From: the human T2T-CHM13v2.0 reference genome, Homo sapiens
Reading direction: 5' to 3' (one strand)
DNA: 64,000 nt
NCBI RefSeq assembly: GCF_009914755.1
Contig: NC_060930.1
How positions within the stretch are numbered: the stretch's first letter is position 1; every line of letters starts with the position of its first letter. The notes beneath the pieces were generated by a model that was given only the letters and a program-made list of their open reading frames with translations, was not told the origin of the DNA and searched no databases. Positions 1-11,899 of the stretch are shown one piece after another. The position numbers and the translations under genes are program-made.

Positions 1-130
1 GAGGGTGAAGATTAATCTGGTAGAAGAGACTGTATGGTTCAGAAATGAGAGATGGTAGGCAGAAACTAGGTGGGAAGCTGGGGTTCTTAAAACAGCGGTA
101 TTGGGAAACAGAAGTGGACAGATGAGGAAA

Positions 131-497
131 CTGGTGTCTTTGTGCTACTACAACAAAAACTTGTGTGGAGTAATTTATAAAGAAATTTTTTTCTCACAGT
201 TCTGGGGGCTAGAAGTCCAATGTCAAGGCACCAGACCGGTTGGTATTTGGAGAGGGCTTCTGTGTGCTTTCAAGATGGTGCCTTGTTGCACAACCTCCAG
301 AGGGGACAAATGCTATATGGCCTCACATAGGGGAAGTGACGGAAGGGCAAAAGAGGCTTAAAACTCCAGGCCTTTTATGAGGCACTAACCATTCATGAGG
401 AATGAGTTCTCATGATTTAATCACTTCCCAAAGACCCCACCTCCTACACCACCACAATGGGGATTAAGTTTCAATATACGAATTTTGGGGATGTTCC
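131..497 (-). mobile_element. MaLR LTR (MST/MLT1A-like)
   Basis: ctcacagttctgggggctagaagtcca...ggattaagtttcaa, typical of the MaLR reverse strand. Confidence 0.75.
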
Positions 498-1478
498 GAA
501 AGCAAACAGAAAAAGAAAGATCCAGTGAAACTGGTGACTAGATACGGGCAAGGGACCAGTGGCTACATTCCTTAAAGTGGTATTGTTACTTAACTTACAT
601 GTAAGCTATTAGGGTGTGCAGAGGGGGATTTCTGACATATACTCAGCAGTCATGAACACAAAGCATAATGTAGGTTGAATGTCTGATGAAAATAGCCTAT
701 ATCTTTAATACAAAGTCAATAAGTGGAACCAGAAACTTTGGGGTTTGCAGTGAGGAAGTCCAGATAGAAGGCCCGAGGGTAACAGTGATCCAGAGAAGTC
801 AGACCTATTTTGAGAAGAAATTAAGGGTCTTTTAATGTGGCCCAAATTACTGTGACTTGGCTCTCACATTTAAGTAGAACATCTTCAAAATAATCTCCTA
901 TTTTACAAGGAGGCTATATCTAGGTGCTTGGCATGGGCCCTTACTTTTCTGTCAGCCAGCAGGTGGAGGAAGAGAAAGGCCCCTGTGGAGGCCAGCCGCC
1001 CTCCCTCCTCACTTGCCCAGGGCCCCTAGCCCATCCCTTGGTGGGAATCCCAGTAGGTGAGGAGGGGCATGACAGCTAATACTGCGGGGTGGATGAGGAG
1101 CCTCTGGGCACTACTCTCTGGACGTGCTCCTGGCCCGTCACGCCCCCAGTAGGCTGGCTGGGACCACCGCAACATGGTGGCTGTGGGCACTCCTAGAAGA
1201 TGAGGGCCGGCAACTGCCACAAACTCCATTTGACAGCTTTTGGGTGGAGCCGTGGGTGTTGGGTGGGGCGGTATTTAAAATAAGATCAGCCAAGAGCAAG
1301 AAGAGCTTGGTGTCCTGGAACTGGCCAGCATCTCCTAGGAAACATAGTCTGCGAGGTTGCACGCTCAGGGCCACACGGTTCCACAGTTGGTAGGAGTTGC
1401 CCCAGGCCACCATCAGCGAGGTGAAGCAAATGCTCAGAGCAGAGAGCTGGGCCGGTTGGGTCAGCACGCCTTCCCTAC

Positions 1479-1910
1479 TGTCAGGAGCAGTGTAGGGTTA
1501 GAGACAACCAGGTCCATGCATGTGTGTCTTTCCACAATGTCAGGCTTTTACTAACGCTATTCCAGTCACAAAAGTCATGAGCTACATGCAGTTCCCAAGG
1601 TGGCAATTCTCCTTAGTACTTCCCCTTCACTCTGTAGTCAGAGCTATGGGCACACAGGCATAAGCCACTCCATAAGTCAGTAAATATTGTAAATATTGAC
1701 GAAAAGAGTCAAACTCTAAAATATTTGAAGAGATTTATCCTAAGCCAAATATGAGTGACCATGGCCTGTGACACAGCCCCAGGACATCCTAAGAACATGT
1801 GCCCATAGCTTGGCTTTATACGTTTTAGAAAGACATAAGACATCAATCAATACATGAAAGATGTACATTGGTTTGGTTGGGAAAGGCAGGGGCTTCCAGG
1901 TCATACATGG
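1479..1910 (-). mobile_element. LTR fragments (MER4-family 3' end at ~1696-1910; 1479-1690 of uncertain family)
   Basis: tgacgaaaagagtcaaactct...gagtgaccatggcc..gacacagccc matches the reverse complement of MER4 as remembered. Confidence 0.6.
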
Positions 1911-1911
1911 T

Positions 1912-2025
1912 GAGAGAATCACTTGAGCCCAGAAGTTTGAGGCTTCAGTGAGCTATGTTTATGCCACTGTACTCCAGTCTGAGTGACAGAGCAAGACCCT
2001 GTCTCTGAAAATAAATAAATAAAAA
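1912..2025 (+). mobile_element. Alu right-arm fragment (AluJ/FRAM-like)
   Basis: atcacttgagcccag...cagtgagctatg...gacagagcaagaccctgtctc plus A-rich tail. Confidence 0.85.
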
Positions 2026-2086
2026 TTATATGGCAAAGGATATGAAGGAGATAGAAAGTATAATCATAGGATAATAAGATTTAAGA

Positions 2087-2412
2087 GGCTAGGCGTGGTG
2101 GCTCATGCCTGTAATCCCAGCACTTTGGGAGGCCGAGGCAGGCAGATCACCTGAAGTTGGGAGTTCGAGACCATCCTGACCAACATGGAGAAACCCTGTC
2201 TCTACTATGGAGAAACCCTGTCTCTACTAAAAATACAAAATTAGCCAGGTGTGGTGGCACATGCCTGTAATCCCAGCTACTCAGGAGGCTGAGGCAGGAG
2301 AATCACTTGAACCTGGGAGGTGGAGGTTGTTGTGAGCCAGAGATCATGCCATTGCACTCCAGCCTGGGCAACAAGAGTGAAACTCTGTCTCAAAGAAAGA
2401 AAGAAAAAAAAA
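2087..2412 (+). mobile_element. AluSp-like with internal 22-bp duplication
   Basis: Full dimer, accaacatggagaaaccc diagnostic; TSD agatttaaga 2077-2086/2414-2423. Confidence 0.93.
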
Positions 2413-3239
2413 CAGATTTAAGAAAATGAGTTTGAGGGAACTCAAGACAGTTAAATCCATACCTTTTATGGTTTGGGGAAAAGCTTTAATTTTTATCTCA
2501 GATTATAAAACCAGTCAAATTCATTTTAATATTCTCTCAGAAATATTTAAATTGATAAAACATAATGTTCACTCATTTTTAATTATGACAAATTTAAAAC
2601 ATACACAAAATTAGAGAGACTAGTAAAATGGACTCCTCTATGCTCATTGTTCAGGTTTAACAGCTATCAAAATTTTGCCACATTTGTTTTATTTGTCCCT
2701 TTTTTCTTCATTTTATTCTTTTGATATTTTAAATAAAACTGAGACATCATGTAGTTTCATTCCTACATATTTCATTATGCATTTCTAAAAACCATGGACA
2801 ATTTCTTACCTAACCAAAATGCTACTATCATACTTAACAAAATTAACAGTAATTCCTGGTATACCCTTCATTTTGTAAATAAAACATAACTTGACTTACA
2901 TCTTCTGTTTGGGAAATTTGGAAGAAACAAAGGTAGCCCTGGGTCTGGATGTGGATCCATGCTAAGTTTAGGGTTTGAAACTGGACCTTTCTTCCATTTG
3001 ACTCTCACCTTTTCTATTCAGATCCTGGAGTAGAACTGCATTAGCTGAACTCAATGGATCCTTCAGAGCATTGGCTTCCTGCTGGGGAGCTGGAGATTTG
3101 AGATCTCAAGAACTACTTTCTAATAATCTTGTTCACTATGCATCTTCTCTGATAAGCCTGGTGCCATCATTGATAATTTCCTCACAACTTCATAGTCTAA
3201 AATTACTCATTGAACAATGAACATGTGGAAACCAAAATT

Positions 3240-3900
3240 AAAAATATCTAAACCATCAGCAAATCCTGTTGGCTTTACTTCAAAATTGTTCTAGAATCAA
3301 ACCATTTGCCACCATTTTCACCCTGAACTAAGCTGCTACCATATCTCTGCTAGACTATTGCCTAACTTATCTCTTTGTTTTCATCCTTGTCCCTTTTAAC
3401 CACCCCCATCGCTCATACAGCCTATTTTCAACACAGTAGCCAGAAGAATCCTTTTTAATTGTTCGTTAAATCATGCTGCTCCTACTCAGAATCTTCCGGT
3501 AGCTTTTCCTCTCACTCATAGTAAAAGCCAAAGTCCTTACGGTGACCTACAAGGCCCCACATAGTGTGGTCCTTCATGACCTCTTGAGTCTAATCTCCTA
3601 TTGCTCTATTCTCTTTCACTTTACTCTAGCCACACTGGCCTCTTTGTTATTCTTAAACATACCAGGCCACTCTTGCCACAGAACTTTCACATACGCTATT
3701 CCTTCTGCTTGCAGGGCTTTTGCTCAGATATCCGGATGGCTCTTTCTTTCTCTCACCTTCTATGACACCTTTTTAATAAGCTGTTTCTTGTTACCCTATT
3801 TAAAATTATGATACATATCCCATTGGTGTTTTGTATCCTATCTTGCTTTATTTTTCTTCATAGTATATACTCTATACTTTTTAAAGATTTTATTATCTCC
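3240..3900 (+). mobile_element. L2 fragment
   Basis: L2-like motifs cagcaaatcctgttggc, cacagtagccaga, aaagccaaagtccttac, cacactggcctc. Confidence 0.7.
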
Positions 3901-4947
3901 CCCTTCAGTGAGACACAAGTGAGAGTTCCCCATAAGCAGGAAGGGAGGTTAGCAAACAATAGTGTTATCTAAATGCAACTTTAAATGATCTCTCCTGGCC
4001 TTTACCCTTTGGAAGTGAGTAAGGTACAGGAAAATTACCTAAAACACCCATGGGCTCACGCCTCATGATAGTATGTGACCCTGGGCAAATCATTTAATCT
4101 CTTTGAGGCTGTTTCCTAAAATGTAAAATGTTGTTAAAAGTATCTTCCCTTCCTACCTCACAGGGATATTTTGAGAGGAATATGAAATGACAGGAAAAGT
4201 CTGTAATGAGCAGTAACCATCTGTAATGAGTATACAATGGGCTGGTTGTAATCTCAGGCTATTGATGAGCTGGCTATAACTCAGTGGGGGCTGTTGGTGG
4301 GCTGAGCTACTCTACAGTTGGTTCAGGAAGCCCAAAGAGAAAAGGACTCTTACATAAGTCCTGAGTCAGACATCAACTTTATGCTTCTAATGAGTAATCG
4401 TTGCTTAGAAAGGTTATATGATACTCTATTTTTCTCTATCTTGGTTTTCAGCTAGCCACATTTTAGTAAAAAAAAAATTATCAAAGAAAAATTTTAATGT
4501 AGAAAACCTTCTGTAATTATATTTCTGTTACTGGAAAAGACTGACACTGTTGGAACTTTCAAGAAAAAAATGCTTTTCTCTAACTTTAGGAACTTCAGTG
4601 TTCTAAGGACATGAGTTTGAGAATTATTGGTATAAGAGTTTAGTATATGAGGAGAGGAGGTTTTTCTTGGATGCAATAAGGAATTAAAGAGACTGACTGT
4701 AACATGGAGTTAGTCTCAGGTTGCCAAGGTCTACCATATACTTTATGTTTTGGAACGTTTCTTACCTCAGAAATCCCATTACTTCCTTTGAAATACAGGG
4801 ACTAAAAAGCTGTTCCAGGCTTCTCTTATCATGTAAAATGAGTCAAGACATTATAGCGGTTGAAAAAGTGGGCTCTGAAGTTGGAATCCTGGTTCTGTCA
4901 TATATTGGCAGTGTGACCTCAGGCAAGTTATTTAATCTTTCTGTGTC

Positions 4948-5340
4948 TGTACTAGTTTGCTAGGGCTGCCATAACAAAGTACCACAAACTGGGTGGCTTA
5001 AACAACAGAAATGTATTGTCTCACAGTTCTGGAAACTAGAAGTCCCTAATGAAGGTGCCATTAGGGATGCTTCCTGCTGATGGCTCTGAGGGAGAATCTG
5101 TTCCAGACCTCTCTCCTAGTTTCTGGTAGTGTCAGTCATTATTTTGCTTGTAGATGGCATTCTCCCCGTATCTTCACATTATCTTGCCTCTTTACTTGTC
5201 TCTTTCTGTGTCCAAATTTTCCCTTTTAAAGGATGAGTCATACTGGATTAGGGCCCATCCTAATGACCTCATCTTAACCTGATTATCTGCAAAGTCTATT
5301 TTCACCATCTTTTGGGGAGGACACAATAAAACATATAACA
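4948..5340 (-). mobile_element. MLT1 (MaLR) LTR inserted in a MIR
   Basis: tgtactagtttgctagggctgccataacaaagtacc...aca; 5-bp TSD gtgtc 4943-4947/5341-5345; MIR halves on both sides. Confidence 0.85.
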
Positions 5341-8240
5341 GTGTCCTAGTTTCCTTGTCTATAAAATGAGAATGGTGATGGCTGCCTGATAGGACTATCG
5401 TGAGAGAATTTTGAGTTAAGAGATGGCATATGTTTAGAATAATTTCTAGTCTATAACAATTACCCAAAAGGATAGAGGGTAAGGTTTACTTATGTAGACT
5501 TGGGAAAATGAATAAACCTAAATTGAAAGGCAGATCATCTAGCATGGATATCTGTTACCAGGGCAGATTTGGCTCATCATGCTTCCTAGTCCTTTCTATC
5601 TTCTGTGGAACAAGCCTACTGCCCACTTCTCTGGTATCATGACAATATCCTAACAACCATGAGAAGGACTTGCCTTTAGTTTCGGGTATGAGGATAAGTA
5701 TACGTCTCTGTTTGAATCTCTCCTCCCCTTATTTTTCCCAATCATGGGACAATATTCAAAAGGCATCAGGTCCTTCAAATATCATTGGGTATTTTAGGAG
5801 AGCTGAGTGTCAGCCTTTGCCAGTCATTCCCAGGGTGACCCTAGACAACTCTTTCTCTTATTTGGATCTCACCGACCCCTGCTATAAGAGTTTCATTATT
5901 CACATTTACATAGCACTTTGGAATTTTTAAAGTAATTTTGTTATGAATTTGTCTTATTTAAGCCTCACAGCATCCTATTGCAGTAGGGTTATTATCATTC
6001 CATTTTATAATAATATTGAGGTTTAGAGAGATGATTTAGTTGAACAAGATGACACAGATAGAAAAATCCCAAATTATCAAAATCTAGTCCCTTGACTCTT
6101 GAGTAGAGTGCTTTTTGCATTATCCTGCTGTGTCTGAGGGTTACTTTGTCTTCTCATTTGCCTAAGACTGAACTAGTGGAACATCCCCTTGTTAGAATGG
6201 GAAGACCAATCCCCCAGGCATTTAGTCCATGCCTATCCCAATTCTGGGGGTCATGAAAGAGTTAAGGCAGTATAGCAAAAAGAAAAAAACACTTCCAAAA
6301 TGCTTTGAAAAATAAGTATTTTCTAGTTTCAAAGTGACTCTAAGAGGAAATTACTGCACATTGCAAAGCAAAAATGTCAAAAAATATATTTTTTCACACC
6401 TCTTTCTGATTTTGATCCCCATTTTTCCTATCTCCTTCCTAAACTCTTTATCAAAACCCTATTTCAGCCTAATTTTTCATTTGCTTGCTCGTTCCCTTTC
6501 TCTCTAGACAATTCTGGTTTTTTTTTTTCCTCAATCCTTTCAGGGTTCCAGGGATGTTGGACTTTTATCCCCCATTTTCTGAATTCCCATGTCTCATGAG
6601 ACTGCCTCCCAAACTGGTGTTGGACAGAGGAGGGAGACTGGCTTTCCACTTCTTTTTCTGACCTTGGCTCAGAACTTTGAGAAATCCTGGAGAAGAGTCC
6701 AGGACAGCCTCTGCTTGCCAAACTATATAATCATGCACACATCCTTTCTTTTCTGGTTCTCAATTTGCCCATGTGTAAATAAAGAGATTGGATGGACTTC
6801 ATTGCTTGAGGCCGATTCTGATTCTGAGAGTCTAAGCAGGACAACTTCCTCCAGACAAGCAGGGCTTTAATGGTGAAGTGAGAAAATGCTCATAAGAATA
6901 TTGTTAAATAGAAAACCTGAACACTAAACTATGTATGTAGTATAATTTCAGCTATGTAAAACAAAATAATTTACTAATTCAACTTATATGTACTGAGCAC
7001 TCCACAATCTACAACCTTTTCATTTTGCTTCATGTTGACACTATAGGAGATGCCTCACTAGTGTCATATGGACAGGGGCTGACCAACTAAACCAAGTTTC
7101 GTGGGCTGTGAACCTCAGCCCCATAGGTCCAGAAACTGGGTATTTTTCAGGGCACTGATGTTACAGAGTCTCTTGGGGACAACTCACAATAGCAAACCTC
7201 ACAAAAGACAGTTCCTAAATATATTTTGCTGAATGCTAATGGAGGCTGTATCTTTCCAGTGAAATAATTCATGGGTTCCATGTTTTAAGGTGTCAGAGAG
7301 AAGACTGCTTGTTGATCCTTGAGTCAGAGGCCAGGGAAAAGGTAGTCATGAGGGAGAGCCTATTCAGGCCACAGGGGCATGTTTATGTGTCCCCGTGCCA
7401 TAACACAGTACACGTTGCTAGTGACTAATATGCTCCTGGGTGGACTCCACATCTCTCCAGCCCTGGATAGGACCTGGCAGATCCCAGTCCTTGAGTTCCA
7501 GGGTTTTTGGCTCCATGATGACCATCTCCATTTGTTTAATATATTTTGTCCTGAGATTGGCACATTCAACTTTTCATTTTTATTTCAATTCATTGATTAG
7601 GTAAATTTGTATTCGACTTACAGTATGTATTTGTGCCTGTTTTCCTCCATACTTGTTCACATTTGATATTGACAATAATTTTAATTTTTTCTGCCTAATA
7701 GGGAAAATGGTATTTCATTGTAATTTTAACTTGCATTTTTCTGACCCTAGGGAGTTGCACATCATGGTATAAATTTACTGCAGATTTTTTTCTTTTCTGA
7801 ATTTTAATTTATATTTTGTATTCTTTTTGCTATTTGGTTATGTGCCTTTTTAAAATTGATTTATAAACATTACTTATATAGTCTGGGTATTATGCCTTTA
7901 TTTGCTCCACATTCTCTTCACAGTCTGTAATATATGCTTTAATTTGGCTTCTGTCATTTTGTATACAAAGGTGCTAAATTTTAATGTAGTCATGAGTGTT
8001 TTCAACTTTTAATTCATGAGTATTTTTATTTTTTTTGGTCTCATGGTGTCTTCCCTACCCCAAAAATGTAAATCTAGTGTCCTATATTTTAAAATATATT
8101 TTAAGTTTGTTTCTTCACACTTAGAACCTTTAATCCATCTGATATTTATCTTGTTAATTGAGTAAGGCGATGAACTTTTTTTTCTATATTCACGGCTAAT
8201 TTTTCCAACCACTTTTTAAATTTTAATTTTAGTATATATT

Positions 8241-8537
8241 TATTTATTTTGAGACAGTCTCACTCTGCTCTGTTGCCCAGGCTGTAGTGCAGTGGCACAA
8301 TCTCGGCTCACTGCAACCTCTGCCTCCCAGAGGTTCAAGCTATTCTCCTGTCTCAGCCTCCCAATTAGCTGGGATTACAGGCCTGCACTACCACCTTGGC
8401 GAATTTCTTTCTATTTTTCAGTAGAGACAGGGTTTCGCCATATTGGCCAGGCTGGTTTCAAACTCCTGACCTCAAGTGATCCACCCACCTTGGACTCCCA
8501 AAGTGCTGGGATTACAGGTGTGAGCCACCACACCCAG
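8241..8537 (-). mobile_element. AluS
   Basis: Reverse-strand Alu (gagacagtctcac...aaagtgctgggattacaggtgtgagccacc). Confidence 0.92.
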
Positions 8538-8659
8538 AGTTGCCTACCACTTTTTTAGAGATATTCATTATCTTCCTAAGATTTGAAGATCCTAATTCAG
8601 ACCTTGTTTTGTGATTCTGTATACTTTCCCTGCAGGGTACATATCTATTTTCAATATTC

Positions 8660-8703
<44 letters not shown>

Positions 8704-8724
8704 TCATAAATAGATAGATAGATG
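8660..8724 (+). repeat. (GATA)n microsatellite
   Basis: About 11 perfect GATA units plus a shorter second block. Confidence 0.95.
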
Positions 8725-8749
8725 ATGTCTAAAGCTTTCTTAAGCCCAG

Positions 8750-9380
8750 GCTAGTATCTCCATACCTTCAACAGTGAAACCCAAAATCCTTGATTTATCA
8801 GTGACTCATCTCTTCTCATGCTCCACAACAATCTTTACAGCAAATCCACTAAAATATATGTAAAATCTGACCACTTCTCACCACTTCCATTATGACTACC
8901 TCTGTCTGGGCCACTGTTATCTCTCACCTGGATTCCTGCACTGCATTTCTCCCAGCTTTCTCACTTCCCCTCGTGCCCCTCCACAGTCTCATCTCAGCTA
9001 GCAGCCAGAAAACTCCTGCTAAAACTGAGTCCGATTGTGTCACTTCTTTGTCCCAAAGCCTGCACTGGCTCCACATCTCACTTGGCTATGCTCACTCCTT
9101 GGGTCCCGAAGCCACTATTCCCTTTGTCTGGAATCCTTTTCCCTTTCACATGTGCATGGACAAATGCTTTATTGCCTGTCAATCTTTGCTCAAATAGCAT
9201 TTTCTCAAGAAGCCTACACTGCAATTGCAACCCTGGTTACTCTCCACAACCAGTCTTGATACTCTACATATTTTCCATAGCATTTATTGCCCTCTAAATT
9301 ACTAAGTATCCGATAAATGCTTCTATGGATTATAATATTCCCAGGTACCCAACAAACATTTGTTTAATGAATGAAGGAAC
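8750..9380 (+). mobile_element. L2 3' fragment
   Basis: atctgaccacttctcaccac...tctcacctggat; ends tgtttaatgaatgaa like the L2 3' end. Confidence 0.7.
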
Positions 9381-9686
9381 CACTACTAAATACTTCCTTT
9401 TGTTTCTCAGGCATTTCACATTCAGCCTGTTCAAAATTCATTAGTTTTTCCCCAAAACTGTCTATTCCTCTATGCTAGGTGGCTAAGAGTCAGTTTCTTT
9501 CAACTCCCCCTTACTCTCACCATGACAGTCTTCTCTGGCCACAACTGTGCAGTCTGTGAGCACCAAGCCCTGCTCCTTAATCCCTCCTCTCCCTACTGTC
9601 TCTCCATGCCCAATGTTAGCTACCCTGGTTGAAAGGCACATCATTAATAGTTGCTGGTGTCTGTGAAGAATGTCCCGCCACACCAT

Positions 9687-10540
9687 ATGTCCTCAGGGGA
9701 ATATAAATTAAAATAATAATGAGATACCATCATACATCTATGAGAATGGCCCAAATCCTGAACACTGACATCACCAAATGCTGATGAAGGATGTGGAAAA
9801 ATAGGAGCTGTCATTCATTGCCGGTAGAGATGCAACATGGTACAGCCACTGTGGAAGACAGGTCAGTGGTTTCTTATAAAACTAAACATACTATACAATT
9901 CAGCAATCGCACTCATTGGCATCAATACAAAGGAGCAGCTTTATTCACAATTACAAAAACATGGAAGTAACCAGTATTTCCTTCAGTAGGTGAATGTATA
10001 AACAGCAGTACATCCAGACAATGGAAGATTATTCAGTGCTAAAAAGAAATGAGCTATCAAACAATGAAAAAACATGGAGACAACTTAAATGCATATAAAT
10101 ATGTGAAAGAAGCTAATCTGAAAAGACTGCATACTGTATGGTTCTAACTATATGACATTCTAGAAAAGGCAAAAACAGACAGTAAAAAGATCAGTGGTTA
10201 CTAGGAGTTAATGAGGAGGGAGGGATTAACTGGTGAAGCACAGAGGATTTTTAAGTCAGTGAAACTACTCTGTCCATACTCCAGTGGTGGATACATGCCA
10301 CTATACATTTGTTCAAATCTGCAGAATGTACATCAAAAATAAATCCTAATCTCAACTATGGACTGTGAGTAGTAATATGTGTCAATATAAGTTCATGAAT
10401 TGTAACAAATGTACCATTGAAGGAAGTTGATAATGGGAGAGGCTATGCCTTTCTGGGAGCAGCTGGTATATGGAACATATCTATACCTTCCACAGTTTTG
10501 TCATGAACCTAAAACTGCTATAAAAAATAAAGTCTATATT
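9687..10540 (+). mobile_element. L1MC-like 3' end
   Basis: ORF2 C-terminal/3'UTR motifs (tggtacagccactgtggaagaca, tatgacattctagaaaaggcaaaa, aacctaaaactgct..aaaaataaagtcta). Confidence 0.8.
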
Positions 10541-10914
10541 TATCCAATCTTAGGACCAAAAAGAAAAAAGAGATGAATTAATTAATCAAGGCAATAATCA
10601 TCAAGGGCTGACAGCATAACCATTACATACCTCCCAATATTAGTATATGACACCACCTATGAAGTATCTGTCCACGTACAGATATATGACGCTAATCAAG
10701 CCCCTTGAATTTATTAATTTATAGGAAACATGAACAAAGATATATGTTAAATGACATTGGAGGAATATAACTAACAAAATACAGTACAGCTATAGGAAAC
10801 TATATGACAACCCAGCTAATTCAACAAAAAACTGAAAGACGGAGTTTGGTGATTGCGTGGTCCCCTTGAACCGTCCGAGGCAACTATGCATTTTCTCTAG
10901 AAATTCAGAGAGCA

Positions 10915-11313
10915 GGCCTGGTGTGGTAGCTCACGCCTGTAAATCCTGGCACTTTGGAAGGCTGAGCGGGAAGTGATCGCTTGAGCCCAGGAATTTGAGA
11001 CCAGCATGGGCAACACAGGGAGACCCTGTCTCTACAAAATATTTACAAACTTAGCCAGGCTTGGTGGCACATGCCTGTGGTCCCAGCTACTCAGGAAGCT
11101 GAGGTGGGAGGATCGATTGAGCCCAGGAACTTGGTGGCACATGCCTGTGGTCCCAGCTACTGGGAAAGTTGAGGTGGGAGGATCGCTTGAGCCTAGGAGG
11201 TCGAGGCTGCAGTGAGCCATGGCTGTGGCACTACACCCTAGACTGGGCAACAGGACGAGGCCGTACCTCAAAAAAAAAAAAAAAAAAAGAAAGAAAGAAA
11301 GAAAGAAAAGAAA
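10915..11313 (+). mobile_element. AluJ with 70-bp internal tandem duplication
   Basis: TSD agaaattcagaga 10899-10911/11314-11326; duplicated units 11060-11129 and 11130-11199. Confidence 0.92.
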
Positions 11314-11899
11314 AGAAATTCAGAGACCACTCTGGCACATACAGCAGAGTCTAACGACAAATGGTCTGGACGACCTGATGTTGGGGGTGACTGTATAGAT
11401 TCCACACATTCCACTAATACCCCAGCCTGAAGCAACAGAGATGTTCCTTTTCGATGCTCTTTTCAAGGATTCTGAGATGTCTGTTTTTCGCTTTTTTGCC
11501 CTTTGAAGATTGATTTCTTCTTCCCTTTAACCTTATCTTTCTGTAATCCATATCCTTCTGTGAGGCTTGGAAACAAAACGACAAAAAAAAAATCTACCAC
11601 TCACCACCTCTTTGATAATTATGGAGGATTTTGCCGTTTTACCTTAATCCTAATCTTCCCTGGTAAAGCAATCAGAAATGGCTTCAATACCAGCAGTTTT
11701 TGGATATGGTCCTCATGTGATTCTCCTGTTTCCCAAAATCTCAAGCTGGAAAAGCTCTAGGTCAGGTCTGTTTTTCCTGGAAAAGATTCCTGTTTCCCAG
11801 AGGCAAATCAGCACTATGAACGCCATACAGTTACTATCTGTTCCCCGCAGTATCGCCCAAACCCGATACACTGAGCTGCACTTTTCCCCATTGTCAAAC

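Larger units (their letters stand above)
800..7570 (-). pseudogene. Possible highly decayed TRIM-like (B-box/coiled-coil/SPRY) gene relic
   Basis: Manual minus-strand translation with frameshifts: ~7460-7340 GLERCGVH/QEHISH*QRVLCYGTGTHKHAPVA/PE*ALPHDY; ~3220-2900 Q*VILDYEVVRKL...PQQEANALKGSIE/AVLLQDLNRK...PGLPLFLPNF followed by a GTAAGT donor; ~913-800 PPCKIGDYFEDV/NVRAKS. Each match is weak alone, but the order fits a TRIM gene. Confidence 0.3.

Noticed and set aside
6464-6721. 85-aa minus-strand ORF with a possible acceptor, considered as a SCAN/KRAB linker exon or TRIM exon
   Set aside because: No recognisable domain motif in any frame; left unassigned.
7050-7300. FCEVCYC/QCPE motifs considered as RING or PR/SET remnants
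   Set aside because: Too short, and on the wrong side of the B-box-like segment for a TRIM RING; likely chance.
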